Positions 1 to 9,596 of a stretch of 44,788 nt of DNA are shown piece by piece. Location of the stretch: IMG/VR virus record IMGVR_UViG_3300037243_000055, positions 1-44,788 of that record; one strand, given 5' to 3'. The first letter of the stretch is position 1, and every line of letters begins with the position of its first letter. Under the pieces are notes generated by a model that had not been told where the DNA came from, ran no database searches, and saw only the letters and a list, made by a program, of their open reading frames with translations. The position numbers and the translations under genes are program-made. Source of the DNA: a virus. Its lineage: Duplodnaviria; Caudoviricetes.

Positions 1-192
1 TTACAGATCCAGCGACGAAGTTATTTGCGCATCGCTTGAATTGTTTAGGCTCTAATTATTACTTCATAAAGATAGGGCTTCGCCGCCACCGACTTCAAAA
101 CGATCTGCATAAACATATGGCAGATTCCGTAGAGAAGATGCACCTTAAAGAAGTTAAAGAATATCCGCGCGATCATTTCAAAAGCACAATCT
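1..192. repeat. Terminal direct repeat, left copy (assembly overlap of a circular or terminally redundant phage genome)
   Basis: 1-192 matches 44597-44788 except at two positions (128 C vs 44724 T; 146 T vs 44742 A). Confidence 0.97.
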
Positions 193-1640
193 TCTCTGAA
201 GGCACCCCAATGTGGTGGGCGCTCCCCTTTACAGCTAAGGACGAAGCTTATATGCGTAAGCTTGGCTATGGGGATGAGTGGATTCGTTGGATGAAATCAG
301 CACACGATCAGGATACACGCACTCTGCTAGTCTCTAGTATGGAAGGCAATGCAATAAAACTAGGTCGTAGGATTGGGCATCACTATGAGAATAACGATTT
401 CTTCCGTGAGATGTTCCCTGAGATTATTCCTGACTCGTCTTGTGTATGGTCTGATAAGTGTCGCACTCAGAAGCGTACTAAGAATAGCCCGGATGGTGAG
501 GGCACGTTTGATTTCCTTGGAGTTGGTGGTGCTTTGCAGTCTAGGCACTATAAAAGAGTCGTCCAAGACGATCTAGTCGGACGTGATGCAATTGACTCTG
601 AAACTGTAATGGCGGATATAATCTCCTATCATCAACATATGGTAGGTGCTTGGGATTCTGACCCTTCGCTCCAAAACGAAGAGAACGATGAGCTTGTAGT
701 AGGCAATCGTTGGTCGCAGAAGGATTTAAACCAGTGGGTGAAGGATAATGAAACCTGGTTTAATTTTGAAACCCACTCTGCACTTGGAGGCTGCTGCGAT
801 CTCCATCCCGCCGGAAAGCCCATCTTTGCGGCGGAATATACGAAAGAGAAGTTGGAGAAGCTTGCAATACGACTTGGGTTGTATTATTTCTCCTGCCAGT
901 ATCTAAACGATCCTATTGCTCCCGGAACTACAGTATTCGATAAAGATTGGCTTCGGTACTACGCTGTCCGTACTGTGAGTCTTACTGACCGCCGAATGAT
1001 TCTTGAGCACGAGGTTATAGAGGGTACGACGCTTAAAGATTTAATGCCAGCCAATCTGCGCATTGTAATGATCTGTGATCCAAATCACGCACAAAATAAA
1101 GGTAGGTGTAGGCACGCAATTTCAGTGGTAGGCTACCTCAAGGAAAAAACTGATGGAAAAATTGATGAGCGGATGTATTTGCTTGATTCTTGGGCAGAAT
1201 CCTGTAACTACGAAAAGTTGGTTGCCAAGATATACGAGATGGCCGATTATTGGAAGCTCAATGAATTTTGGCTGGAAACTATTGCTGCTCAGCAGTATCT
1301 TAAATTTTATCTTGACTATCGCAATCGCATCGAAAGTCGTAAGTTAACTGTACGGGAGCTTAAGATTGATTATAGCCCCAATGCAAAACACCGGCGTATT
1401 GAGGCGTTAAATCCCTGGTTCGCTGAGAATAGATTTTTCACGCAGCGAAAATTCACTGATTTTGCACTTGAGTACAAGGGTTTTCCAAATGGAAAGACTA
1501 TTGATATTCTTGATACGTTGGCATATGCTCCCCAAGTGTTTGATTGTGTGGGAGTTACGCCGAAGGCTGAGATCAAAGCGTGGGTGCAGCGGCAGCAAAC
1601 CACAAATCCAATGAGCGATTTGAGTATTGCGGGGTATTAA
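3..1640 (+). CDS. terL: Terminase large subunit (true start is ATG 44548, across the junction)
   Basis: Walker A variant PRDHFKST, Walker B VVQDDLV, C-terminal RNase H-like nuclease acidic residues (ICDPN, LETIAAQ, IDILDTLAY); lies upstream of the portal. Confidence 0.92.
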   Translation, partial: TDPATKLFAHRLNCLGSNYYFIKIGLRRHRLQNDLHKHMADSVEKMHLKEVKEYPRDHFKSTIFSEGTPMWWALPFTAKDEAYMRKLGYGDEWIRWMKSAHDQDTRTLLVSSMEGNAIKLGRRIGHHYENNDFFREMFPEIIPDSSCVWSDKCRTQKRTKNSPDGEGTFDFLGVGGALQSRHYKRVVQDDLVGRDAIDSETVMADIISYHQHMVGAWDSDPSLQNEENDELVVGNRWSQKDLNQWVKDNETWFNFETHSALGGCCDLHPAGKPIFAAEYTKEKLEKLAIRLGLYYFSCQYLNDPIAPGTTVFDKDWLRYYAVRTVSLTDRRMILEHEVIEGTTLKDLMPANLRIVMICDPNHAQNKGRCRHAISVVGYLKEKTDGKIDERMYLLDSWAESCNYEKLVAKIYEMADYWKLNEFWLETIAAQQYLKFYLDYRNRIESRKLTVRELKIDYSPNAKHRRIEALNPWFAENRFFTQRKFTDFALEYKGFPNGKTIDILDTLAYAPQVFDCVGVTPKAEIKAWVQRQQTTNPMSDLSIAGY

Positions 1641-1641
1641 A

Positions 1642-1839
1642 ATGGGTATTGAAGCCGTTGTTTGTTTGCAGGGCGTCTCATTGTTGGCTCTGCTTGGAAT
1701 ATTTTGGCGTGTCAGTCAGTTTACCACCAGAGCCTCATTTGTATTGGATACACTCTGGGCGGATTATTGTAGCCGTATTGGTATGCTTAATACTATGCCA
1801 CAGTTTAGTAAAGGCTCAGAAACGATATACAAGGGATAA
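1642..1839 (+). CDS. Small single-pass membrane protein (possible lysis accessory)
   Basis: ATG 1 nt after the terL stop; N-terminal hydrophobic stretch VVCLQGVSLLALLGIFW. Confidence 0.55.
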   Translation: MGIEAVVCLQGVSLLALLGIFWRVSQFTTRASFVLDTLWADYCSRIGMLNTMPQFSKGSETIYKG

Positions 1840-1840
1840 T

Positions 1841-2344
1841 ATGGACTCGCTATTATTTCAATTCTCGACTTGCGACAGCTTAATAGATGAGGCTATTAGG
1901 TTGCGTACGGATTCTGATGTATCTCATGTTGATGTTGTGACGTTCAAGGGAAATTTACTTGGTGCTCAGTTGGGAAAACTACCATCACTCAACTACTCAG
2001 AGCAGCCTCCAAACTCTAACCTCGCTGGAGTTCAGATACGTCCTCCTACGTATGAAGCTTTTACACGGAAGCTTTTTGTTAAGTTACAGGTTACAAGTAA
2101 AGAATATGTGAGCTTCTGGGCTTTTGTGTGCGCTCAGTTGGGCAAACCTTATGATGTAACTGCGATTTGTGGCTTGGCGTTACATCATAATTGGCACGAG
2201 ACGGAACATTGGTTTTGTTCTGAACTACAGGCTGCTGCACTTGAATCAGCGGGGATTATAACAGTTGGAACTGAAGTAAACTGGGTTGACCCACAGACAT
2301 TACTCTTACTATTGCAGGAGAAAGCAAATGATAGAACGTCTTGA
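1841..2344 (+). CDS. Permuted papain-like (NlpC/P60, YiiX/YaeF-type) amidase/peptidase
   Basis: His precedes Cys: SHVDVV ... QLGKPYD ... WFCSEL, the signature of permuted NlpC/P60 enzymes. Start placed at ATG 1841, just after the upstream stop. Confidence 0.8.
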   Translation: MDSLLFQFSTCDSLIDEAIRLRTDSDVSHVDVVTFKGNLLGAQLGKLPSLNYSEQPPNSNLAGVQIRPPTYEAFTRKLFVKLQVTSKEYVSFWAFVCAQLGKPYDVTAICGLALHHNWHETEHWFCSELQAAALESAGIITVGTEVNWVDPQTLLLLLQEKANDRTS

Positions 2345-2507
2345 CCATGCAATGAATGTGATTGGTTTGTTTATGGTTGTATTTGGCGGAGTGCTTTCTG
2401 TCTGGCAAGCTACTGCGGGTAATACTATTCTTTCAGCAGGTGTTGGAGTTTTAGGCAATAGTGCTGTAAGAGCGGTTGCAAATGGGCTTACGCCCCCAAA
2501 AGTATAG
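2328..2507 (+). CDS. Small membrane protein, holin candidate
   Basis: GGAG RBS; two hydrophobic segments (VIGLFMVVFGGVLSVW; TILSAGVGVLG) in 59 aa. Confidence 0.5.
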   Translation: MIERLDHAMNVIGLFMVVFGGVLSVWQATAGNTILSAGVGVLGNSAVRAVANGLTPPKV

Positions 2508-2539
2508 CCCCTGTGCAAGGGGATGAAAAGGAGTGGGGA

Positions 2540-2890
2540 ATGAAATTTGATTTGACTACTTTTATGAGCAGCATTAATCTTGGGCTGTCGGCTTTGCAGG
2601 CGGCACATAGCGGGATTCAAGAGGTTCAGGCTGGCGATACAGTAAGTGGTGCGTTGCATTTGATTCAGGTTGCTGGTGCTACTGCCGCTGGCGCTACAAA
2701 TGACCCTGAGATTCAGGCCGAAGCAACCACCGCAACTCAGATTGCTTGTATTGCAGTACCGATTATCTCTGATTTTATTAACCTGTTTAAGAAGAAGGCG
2801 GCTGTAAAGGCTGCTACTGTTGCTGTGCCGACTACTGTTACTACGGCTGTTATTGGTGCAACGCCGACTGGTAATAGCGTACCGAACTAA
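2540..2890 (+). CDS. Hypothetical Ala/Thr-rich protein
   Basis: AAGGAG RBS before ATG 2540; fills the gap before the portal. Confidence 0.6.
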   Translation: MKFDLTTFMSSINLGLSALQAAHSGIQEVQAGDTVSGALHLIQVAGATAAGATNDPEIQAEATTATQIACIAVPIISDFINLFKKKAAVKAATVAVPTTVTTAVIGATPTGNSVPN

Positions 2891-2912
2891 ATTTAACCAT
2901 TGGAGTAATATA

Positions 2913-4919
2913 ATGTCCGCTGCATTTACGCCCGTACTTGTTAAAATGGGGCCGGAAGAAACTCAGAAACGTCTAAAGTATGTCGAGGCTCATCTCGAAA
3001 GTCTTTGTACGTCTTTGAAATCGCTTCATACTGATAAGTACGAACGCTGGCGGAAGTTATATGAGGGTAAGCCCAAGGAAGAAAAGAAGTCCTTCCCGTG
3101 GCCGGGGGCTAGTAATCTTGTAATTCAGGTAATTGCACAACACGTTGACACGTTACTTGCTGCGATTATTGGCTCGATTTATGAGATTGCTCCCCTTTGG
3201 CCTTTAACCCTTGTTGGAGATTATGACGCGGCGGAGAAAGCTGAAGAAGCGCGTAATGCAATGGAGGAGTTCCTTACACTCAAAGGGCTAGAACAAAGCG
3301 AGCTTGATGTTTACCGCGTAGAAAACATTGCATTTGGTAACGCAATTAAGTATGGCATGAATGCAATTAAAATCCCATATCTAGTAGATGTGGAAGCGGA
3401 TGGTATTGGAGTGCGCGATGGTGGTGGAATGGACGTAACTGAGTTTACTCGTTACGCTGGGCCACGTCCTGAGTCGATTCCATTCGATAAATTTTTGATT
3501 ACTCCCAGTGCGACGAAACTTGAAACTGCTCCGTTTAAGGCACATAAGATTACCCTAAAGCGTTTCGAGCTTGAAGAGCGAATGTATCGTGGGATTTATG
3601 ACAAGGAAAAGGTTGAATGTATCCTAACCTCACCTGATCGTGGTGGTGCGGATGCCACGGAAACTTCAAAGCAGGCTGATGGTGGGATTGCGTCGAAGAA
3701 TTATGATGGCGTGAGTGAGGAATGGGATATTTATGAGTGCCATTATCCTTACTGGTATCATGTTGATGGAAAGTATATGAAGTTTCGTATCATTGAAACT
3801 TTTCATCGCCGCTCCAAGACTTCACTCCGCGCAATGTTTAATCCTATGCCAAATAATGACGAGCAGTTTGTCATTTGTCGCCTTGGTTATGATGATCGTG
3901 GGATGTATGGTTATGGGTGGTGTGAGATGTTGGAACACGCCCAAGAAGAAGTTTCTGCGGAACATAACCGCAGCGCAGATAATAACACGCTTGCGAATGT
4001 AAATGCGCTCCGAGTTGATCCGGACTCACTTGCTGACAGCCAGTTCTCTATTTATCCGCTCTGTGTTCTTCCTTTCGCTAAGGATAAGATGGAGATTCTA
4101 CAACTTGGGCGGCAGAATAACACTGGCGTTGACCGTGAGAATCAGATGTTTAATATCATCAAAGCGCGAACTGGAGTTGATAATGGCATCAGTGGTTCTG
4201 GCTCAGGTGTTACAAACCCCAAGCGGGGGGTGTATAGTGCAATGGGAACCTTCGCCGTTATGCAGGCTGGCAATCGGCGTACAAATATTCGCACTACCGA
4301 TATGCGAGCTGCCCATATTGAGATCGGACGGAAGTGTTTGCAGCAATATGCTCACTTTGGAGTTGGGGACAGCTTAAAGGGATTTGGTAAGGATGCCGCT
4401 CATCTTGAACGTGGGCTTAAACTGTATGAGGCTGGTAAACTTACTATCCCCGTTAAATCTGCAACGGCTTCTGTGAATCGTGAGCTTGAGAAACAGAATG
4501 ATATCATGCTTGTGAACATCGCCAAGCAACACTATCAGGGAATTGCAGGAATTTTGCAGAACCTTGGAATGGTTCCACCAGAACAGAAAGAGTATATGAT
4601 TGATGTTTGTTTTGCGTCGGATGCCTTGATGCGGAGAATATTCAAGAATTTCGGCCATGATGATGTAAGCAGGCTGCTTCCTATGCCTGCGTTTCTACAG
4701 CAAGCAAAGGAGCAATTAAATGGCGGAGCAAAGGGAAACGGGGCCAATAATGGAGCAGGAGGCCCAGTTAATCAAAATAATGGAGCAAACAGACTTTCAC
4801 CGTTTGATTTACATCAACAGGGAAGCAATCCTAGCGTTCCTGGCAACTCAGGCGGGGAAAGCATACACGGAGTACCTCAACAAACACCGGGAGGGGTTGG
4901 CGGAATCATTGGCGAGTAA
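2913..4919 (+). CDS. Portal protein
   Basis: About 670 aa downstream of terL; N-terminal PWPGASNLVI motif and YGYGWCE motif typical of podovirus-type portals; GGAG RBS before ATG 2913. Confidence 0.85.
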   Translation: MSAAFTPVLVKMGPEETQKRLKYVEAHLESLCTSLKSLHTDKYERWRKLYEGKPKEEKKSFPWPGASNLVIQVIAQHVDTLLAAIIGSIYEIAPLWPLTLVGDYDAAEKAEEARNAMEEFLTLKGLEQSELDVYRVENIAFGNAIKYGMNAIKIPYLVDVEADGIGVRDGGGMDVTEFTRYAGPRPESIPFDKFLITPSATKLETAPFKAHKITLKRFELEERMYRGIYDKEKVECILTSPDRGGADATETSKQADGGIASKNYDGVSEEWDIYECHYPYWYHVDGKYMKFRIIETFHRRSKTSLRAMFNPMPNNDEQFVICRLGYDDRGMYGYGWCEMLEHAQEEVSAEHNRSADNNTLANVNALRVDPDSLADSQFSIYPLCVLPFAKDKMEILQLGRQNNTGVDRENQMFNIIKARTGVDNGISGSGSGVTNPKRGVYSAMGTFAVMQAGNRRTNIRTTDMRAAHIEIGRKCLQQYAHFGVGDSLKGFGKDAAHLERGLKLYEAGKLTIPVKSATASVNRELEKQNDIMLVNIAKQHYQGIAGILQNLGMVPPEQKEYMIDVCFASDALMRRIFKNFGHDDVSRLLPMPAFLQQAKEQLNGGAKGNGANNGAGGPVNQNNGANRLSPFDLHQQGSNPSVPGNSGGESIHGVPQQTPGGVGGIIGE

Positions 4920-5079
4920 TTGGATTATAAATGGCCAAGATTGTAGCGATCAACTTCGTGGTAGGCTGTATGAAGTGAAAGATATACTTGCAATGCCTAA
5001 GTTGATTGAGAATATCCAAACGCGGAAACTTAGGTACGAGAAAGCAATGCGGAATATTCAAGCGGGTACCACAGAATAA
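4720..5079 (+). CDS. Hypothetical head-assembly protein overlapping the portal 3' end
   Basis: AAGGAG RBS; helical protein containing LRGRLYEVKDILAMP, in the usual post-portal slot. Confidence 0.65.
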   Translation: MAEQRETGPIMEQEAQLIKIMEQTDFHRLIYINREAILAFLATQAGKAYTEYLNKHREGLAESLASNWIINGQDCSDQLRGRLYEVKDILAMPKLIENIQTRKLRYEKAMRNIQAGTTE

Positions 5080-5090
5080 AGGAGCTTCAA

Positions 5091-5789
5091 ATGGCATGGC
5101 CACCAAAGATTGACGCAAAAGAGTTGACCGGGCTTTCAAAGGAAGAGTTTGCTGCCAAGGTTACTGAGATTAACCAAGCATTAACTGAAGCAGCAGCTGC
5201 ACAAGCTACTGCTACGAGTGCTATGACAGAAGTAGCAGCGGTACGGGCGCAATTACAGGCGCTTGAGGGACGTACTCAGACTCCTGTGGTACAGCAGCCG
5301 AATTTCAGTGGTGGGCCAGTTGAGCTTCCGTTATGGTCTGAAGATGCTGATGCTGCTTTTAATGCGCGGATGCAGAGTGTAGTTGGTCCTCTAGTTGCTG
5401 CTACGGTACAGAATCAGTCCCGTTTTGTATTTGAGGACGTGAAAAGCCGGATGGTAGCTAAGGACGCGAGATATAGGTTAGTAGCTGACAAGGCGAAAGA
5501 GCTTGTACTTAAACAGCCTGCTGGATTGCAGGTCCGCGAGGATATCATCGAGAACTGTTTTAAAGTAATGCTCGCTGATAATTACGATCAGATTCAGAAA
5601 GATCAAGCAGCTAAGTCTGGCGCGTTTTATACTGAAAGTTCCGTTAATATGGGAACTAGCATTATTGAAGACACGCGTAAGCCAGAAGAAAAGCTCTCTG
5701 ATCGTGAGCGTGAGATTGCAAGCAAGATGGGAATTTCACCAAAAGCATACGCAGATGCTAAGGCTACTATGAATGTGGTGGGGGTCTAA
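5091..5789 (+). CDS. Capsid scaffolding protein
   Basis: Coiled-coil character; C-terminal LSDREREIASKMGISPKAY motif typical of scaffolds; lies between portal and capsid genes. Confidence 0.7.
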   Translation: MAWPPKIDAKELTGLSKEEFAAKVTEINQALTEAAAAQATATSAMTEVAAVRAQLQALEGRTQTPVVQQPNFSGGPVELPLWSEDADAAFNARMQSVVGPLVAATVQNQSRFVFEDVKSRMVAKDARYRLVADKAKELVLKQPAGLQVREDIIENCFKVMLADNYDQIQKDQAAKSGAFYTESSVNMGTSIIEDTRKPEEKLSDREREIASKMGISPKAYADAKATMNVVGV

Positions 5790-5790
5790 A

Positions 5791-6573
5791 ATGTCAACAG
5801 GAAAAAGTTTTGTAAAGCCGACTATGCCAGATGCTCCGTTGAATACGACGCCAGCTATGACTATACAAATGGGCATGAATATGCCAGTGCAAACTGTATC
5901 TCAGGCTCCGATTGGCACTTATGAAGCAATCGAAGCCGCTGAAAAGGCTGCTAATGGTGAAGTGACGCTTGCGCCAATTACTGAGGCTGAGGATTTTGAC
6001 ACGTCAGAGGCATTACGCGAGCTTGCAATGCAGGAAGCAAAGGAACAAACCAAGGGCTCTGTTGCTAGTGCCCCCACTGTAGCACAAATGAGTCCTCAGG
6101 CTTTGGACGATTTTCTTGCTGATTCCATCATTGCAGTGCCACTACAGATGCCGAATTTTCTTGATTTACGTTCGAAAGACCCGAATTATCGGCTTCGCTG
6201 GGTAAATTGTAAGGCTCAGGGTGGTGTACGTTTTGATCAGGCACAAGCAATGGGCTTTCGTGTAGCGCGGAAAGAAGAAGTTATGGGCCTCAATAGTAAT
6301 ATCATGATCGCACCAGATGGCATTAAATACCACGACGTGATCTTGATGATTATTGAGACTAAAAAGATTCTTGGGCATTACAAATACAACTTCCTACGTA
6401 GTGCCTCAAGAGTGCAACGCTCCGGTCAAGAAGCAATGCAGCGAGCAAAACAGGACGTACAGGCTGGATTGCGGCATGAAGGTATTTCACAATCAGCTTT
6501 CCAAACTCCGGGTGAGGCTCCAAAACTGGACTTCTACATTCCGGGCGATAAGGAATTGAATTTTAACCGCTAG
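5791..6573 (+). CDS. Hypothetical head-module protein
   Basis: Starts 1 nt after the scaffold stop; C-terminal globular part YRLRWVN...GFRVA...YHDVILM. Confidence 0.6.
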   Translation: MSTGKSFVKPTMPDAPLNTTPAMTIQMGMNMPVQTVSQAPIGTYEAIEAAEKAANGEVTLAPITEAEDFDTSEALRELAMQEAKEQTKGSVASAPTVAQMSPQALDDFLADSIIAVPLQMPNFLDLRSKDPNYRLRWVNCKAQGGVRFDQAQAMGFRVARKEEVMGLNSNIMIAPDGIKYHDVILMIIETKKILGHYKYNFLRSASRVQRSGQEAMQRAKQDVQAGLRHEGISQSAFQTPGEAPKLDFYIPGDKELNFNR

Positions 6574-6588
6574 TTTAGGAGATAACGA

Positions 6589-7209
6589 ATGGCTGCAAAT
6601 ATGTCTTATCATCAGCCTATCGCCGCTGTTAAAACGGTGAGTGGCAATCAGGAGCAGATTGAGTTGATTCAGGAATACGCTGGCTCAACCTTCATGCAAG
6701 GAACTCCTGTAATGAAAAACGGGGGTTATATTGCTGCCTGGGATTATGCTACTGTCGTAGGTAGTATTCTTGGTATTGCGCTAGTCCCCGGGTCCAATCT
6801 TGGTTCCTCTGGTAAAGGTGCTCCGGCTGCATTTGGGCAGGTTGGCGCTCCGGGTTCGACTGTTACATTTGGCTCGGTCCCAAATCAACCGAGTGCTGTA
6901 AACATTCCTCATGGTGCTCCATTTACCGATGGTCGTACTGTAGTAGCACTGGCAAATGAGGATACGATCTTTGAGGGACAGATTGATAATAGTGCTGCTG
7001 GTGCTTATGTTACGGCAGTTACGCTTATCGGCTCGCAGTATGGAATGTCGAAAGACACTAACAATCAAGCGTACGTTGATCTTAATAAATCAACCGCAGG
7101 AACGAACACTGTTGTAGTTATTGTCGATGTGCATCCAAACGATATCGGCACAAATGGTGGTCGTGTGTGGTTCAAATTCATCAAGGCTGCACAACAGATT
7201 TCTCAGTAG
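6589..7209 (+). CDS. Capsid decoration/cement protein
   Basis: Gly-rich beta-type sequence immediately upstream of the major capsid gene; AGGAG RBS. Confidence 0.6.
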   Translation: MAANMSYHQPIAAVKTVSGNQEQIELIQEYAGSTFMQGTPVMKNGGYIAAWDYATVVGSILGIALVPGSNLGSSGKGAPAAFGQVGAPGSTVTFGSVPNQPSAVNIPHGAPFTDGRTVVALANEDTIFEGQIDNSAAGAYVTAVTLIGSQYGMSKDTNNQAYVDLNKSTAGTNTVVVIVDVHPNDIGTNGGRVWFKFIKAAQQISQ

Positions 7210-7235
7210 TCAGTTTTTAGGGGAGATTTTAAGTT

Positions 7236-8189
7236 ATGACGATGGTTAGAGGACAATACGCTCAGTTGTTAGCGCCGGGCGTGAAAGCTAACTTCGTTGA
7301 ATTCTTGGATACTGCTCAGCGTGAACAGCAGTATGATAAGGTATTCAATATTGATAATACCACGAAAGCATTTGAAGATGAGGTTCAGTATGCTGGCACT
7401 CCGCCTATGCCTGAAAAGACAGAAGCAGGGGCAGTTGCATATACGAATCTCATCCCCGGTGGAACGAAGCGTTATATTCCGCTGGCTTATGCACTCGCTT
7501 GCCGCGCTTCTTGGGAATTGATTGATGATGATCAGTATGGCATTATTAAACAGGCTCCTAAAGCTCTTGCGCGTTCTGGTCGTTTTACCGAGGAAATGGT
7601 TGCGTGGAACGTATTTAATCAGGGTTTTAGCACCACTATCTCAACTGATGGTGTTTCCCTGTTTAATAATGCGCATCCGCTTCTCGGTGGTACTGCGGCT
7701 ACAAATGTGGGGCCGGGAGTTGGAAATGTAATTTCCAGCGGTGGAACCTATCCTAATCGTCCCGCGACGGATATGGATTTGTCCTACTCCGCACTTCAGC
7801 TTATGAGCAATCAGTTCCAGCGTATGATCGACTCACAGGGCTTGCCTATTGTGGTGAAGCCGAAGAAGTTGCTGATTCCGCCGGAACTTATTTTCATTGC
7901 TCGTGAGTTGCTCGGCTCGGCTGGTAAACCGTACACTGCGGATAATGAAGTTAATGCTTTGTTGGGTGAGGATTTGTCCTACATGGTTGTTAATTTCTTT
8001 ACCTCTCAGGGTGCTTGGTTTGCTGTAACGGAAAAAGAGGGCCATCAGTTGAAGTTCCTTCGGCGTAAACCACTTGATACCGATTTCGACGATGATTTCG
8101 ATACTCGCTCGGTTAAAATGATGACGTTCACCCGTTTTGCGGTGGGTGCTACGCATTGGCTTGGAACTTGGGGCACAAACGCTCCTTAA
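7236..8189 (+). CDS. Major capsid protein (HK97 fold, Mu gpT-like family)
   Basis: 317 aa; N-terminal R..YAQLLAPG, P-domain PKKLLIPPEL, C-terminal DDDFDT...RFAVG...W; followed by a terminator. Confidence 0.88.
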   Translation: MTMVRGQYAQLLAPGVKANFVEFLDTAQREQQYDKVFNIDNTTKAFEDEVQYAGTPPMPEKTEAGAVAYTNLIPGGTKRYIPLAYALACRASWELIDDDQYGIIKQAPKALARSGRFTEEMVAWNVFNQGFSTTISTDGVSLFNNAHPLLGGTAATNVGPGVGNVISSGGTYPNRPATDMDLSYSALQLMSNQFQRMIDSQGLPIVVKPKKLLIPPELIFIARELLGSAGKPYTADNEVNALLGEDLSYMVVNFFTSQGAWFAVTEKEGHQLKFLRRKPLDTDFDDDFDTRSVKMMTFTRFAVGATHWLGTWGTNAP

Positions 8190-8191
8190 TC

Positions 8192-8258
8192 TTCCCTATG
8201 CCGCTAGGGAATGGGGGGTCGGTTTTTTCGGGTTGCTCCTTTGGCCGACCTCCTTTTT
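8192..8258 (+). terminator. Hairpins and intrinsic terminator after the major capsid gene
   Basis: TTCCCTA/TAGGGAA hairpin, then a GGGGGTCGG...CCGACCTCC stem followed by TTTTT. Confidence 0.65.
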
Positions 8259-8276
8259 AAATTTTGGAGACTTGAA

Positions 8277-8546
8277 ATGGCACACTGTGAAAGACATTAT
8301 GAGTATTCTCCATATCATTACTGCGCGGTATGTGGTTACAGGCGACCTTTAGCTGAGATGGCTTGGCAATTAGGAGCACTTGTATGTTCTGACCCTGCCA
8401 AGGGATGTTTTGATACTGAGATTATAGGTGTACGAGAGAAACGAATCTCGCGTGTGCTTATAAAAACAGGACAGGAAATGATGCCGGATAAAAAACTTAC
8501 ATCGCCGGGAGCTTTAAATTCGTCGGTAGAGGAAATTATCCTGTAG
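8277..8546 (+). CDS. Small Zn-binding protein
   Basis: CAVC ... C-x6-C; GGAG RBS before ATG 8277. Confidence 0.6.
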   Translation: MAHCERHYEYSPYHYCAVCGYRRPLAEMAWQLGALVCSDPAKGCFDTEIIGVREKRISRVLIKTGQEMMPDKKLTSPGALNSSVEEIIL

Positions 8547-8600
8547 TTTAACTCACCTCAACAAACCCATGTGCCCGAAAGGGTGGGAGGATTTTAGTTT

Positions 8601-9299
8601 ATGTCAAGAACTAATGGCCAGTTTCAAATGAAAACTCCGTTCTCGGACGGATTGGTTCATTTCAATGCGATGAATTTTGCAGTGCTTTCCGGTGCAGCGC
8701 CGCTTACGCGCAATGCAAAAGGGGATATCTCATTAAACGCAGGTAATACGCAGGTTTGTGTTTTTGGCCTGCCTTTGAGTGCGCTCATTCAGCGTCTGGG
8801 CCAGCTACCATTCTTGCAGGAGCAGTTTGGTACTGCTGCTGGTGTAGCCGGGCCAACCACTGTAGCTAATACGAGCGATCCAGATGGTAATGTGCTTATA
8901 CCATATGTACCGCCCATGACTAAAGCTACAATGGAAACTGTGACTGGTGGTGAAGCTGGTTTTGTGCCCAAGGGTGTGCAGATTAACGATGTAACGCTGC
9001 ATTATCAGATTGGCACAGCTAATCTTACTACGCATACTTTGGGCCTGTCCAAGACTGTTTACCCAGTTTCGGGTACTCCTGGTGCTTTGGTAGTTACTGA
9101 TGTGATTGCAAATGCGGCGAATGGATTGGCAACGGCTTTTAATGCCAACCCACAGAGTACGAAAATTGCTGTTGCTTCACCAGTTTTTACTGTGAATGAT
9201 CTCGCTAGTTTACTCCTCGAAGTTGATGCGACTACCCCCGGTACTGGAACGTACCGCTTATATGGTGCGTCAATCCATGTCTCATTTAACTTCAACTAA
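8601..9299 (+). CDS. Virion structural protein
   Basis: Beta-rich, Thr/Gly/Ala-rich; GGAGG RBS; lies in the structural cluster. Confidence 0.6.
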   Translation: MSRTNGQFQMKTPFSDGLVHFNAMNFAVLSGAAPLTRNAKGDISLNAGNTQVCVFGLPLSALIQRLGQLPFLQEQFGTAAGVAGPTTVANTSDPDGNVLIPYVPPMTKATMETVTGGEAGFVPKGVQINDVTLHYQIGTANLTTHTLGLSKTVYPVSGTPGALVVTDVIANAANGLATAFNANPQSTKIAVASPVFTVNDLASLLLEVDATTPGTGTYRLYGASIHVSFNFN

Positions 9300-9308
9300 G
9301 GAGTAGCA

Positions 9309-9584
9309 ATGGCAAATAATCTTGGCACAAATCCGATGTATATTGATACGGTGATGGCTACGCCTTACACGGCTAACCTGCGTATTAGTAACATCATCTG
9401 GTCAGAGCAAGTCAATGCTGGTGATGCATTAACCATTGTTGATCGGAATGGTAATCTACTACTGAACACTAAAGCACAAGCAGCTAATTACCAGCAGGCA
9501 CTTGGTGGTTTAGGCTGGGTTCAAGGATTTAAAGTTTCAGTCTTGGCCTCTGGTAATCTAACAATCGTTGTAAGCAAGGCATAG
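9309..9584 (+). CDS. Small virion protein
   Basis: AAGGAG RBS; beta-rich 91 aa. Confidence 0.6.
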   Translation: MANNLGTNPMYIDTVMATPYTANLRISNIIWSEQVNAGDALTIVDRNGNLLLNTKAQAANYQQALGGLGWVQGFKVSVLASGNLTIVVSKA

Positions 9585-9596
9585 GAAGGATATACA

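Noticed and set aside
1580-1840. Long N-terminal extension of the 254-aa ORF
   Set aside because: It overlaps terL and the 1642-1839 gene; ATG 1841 is the more parsimonious start.
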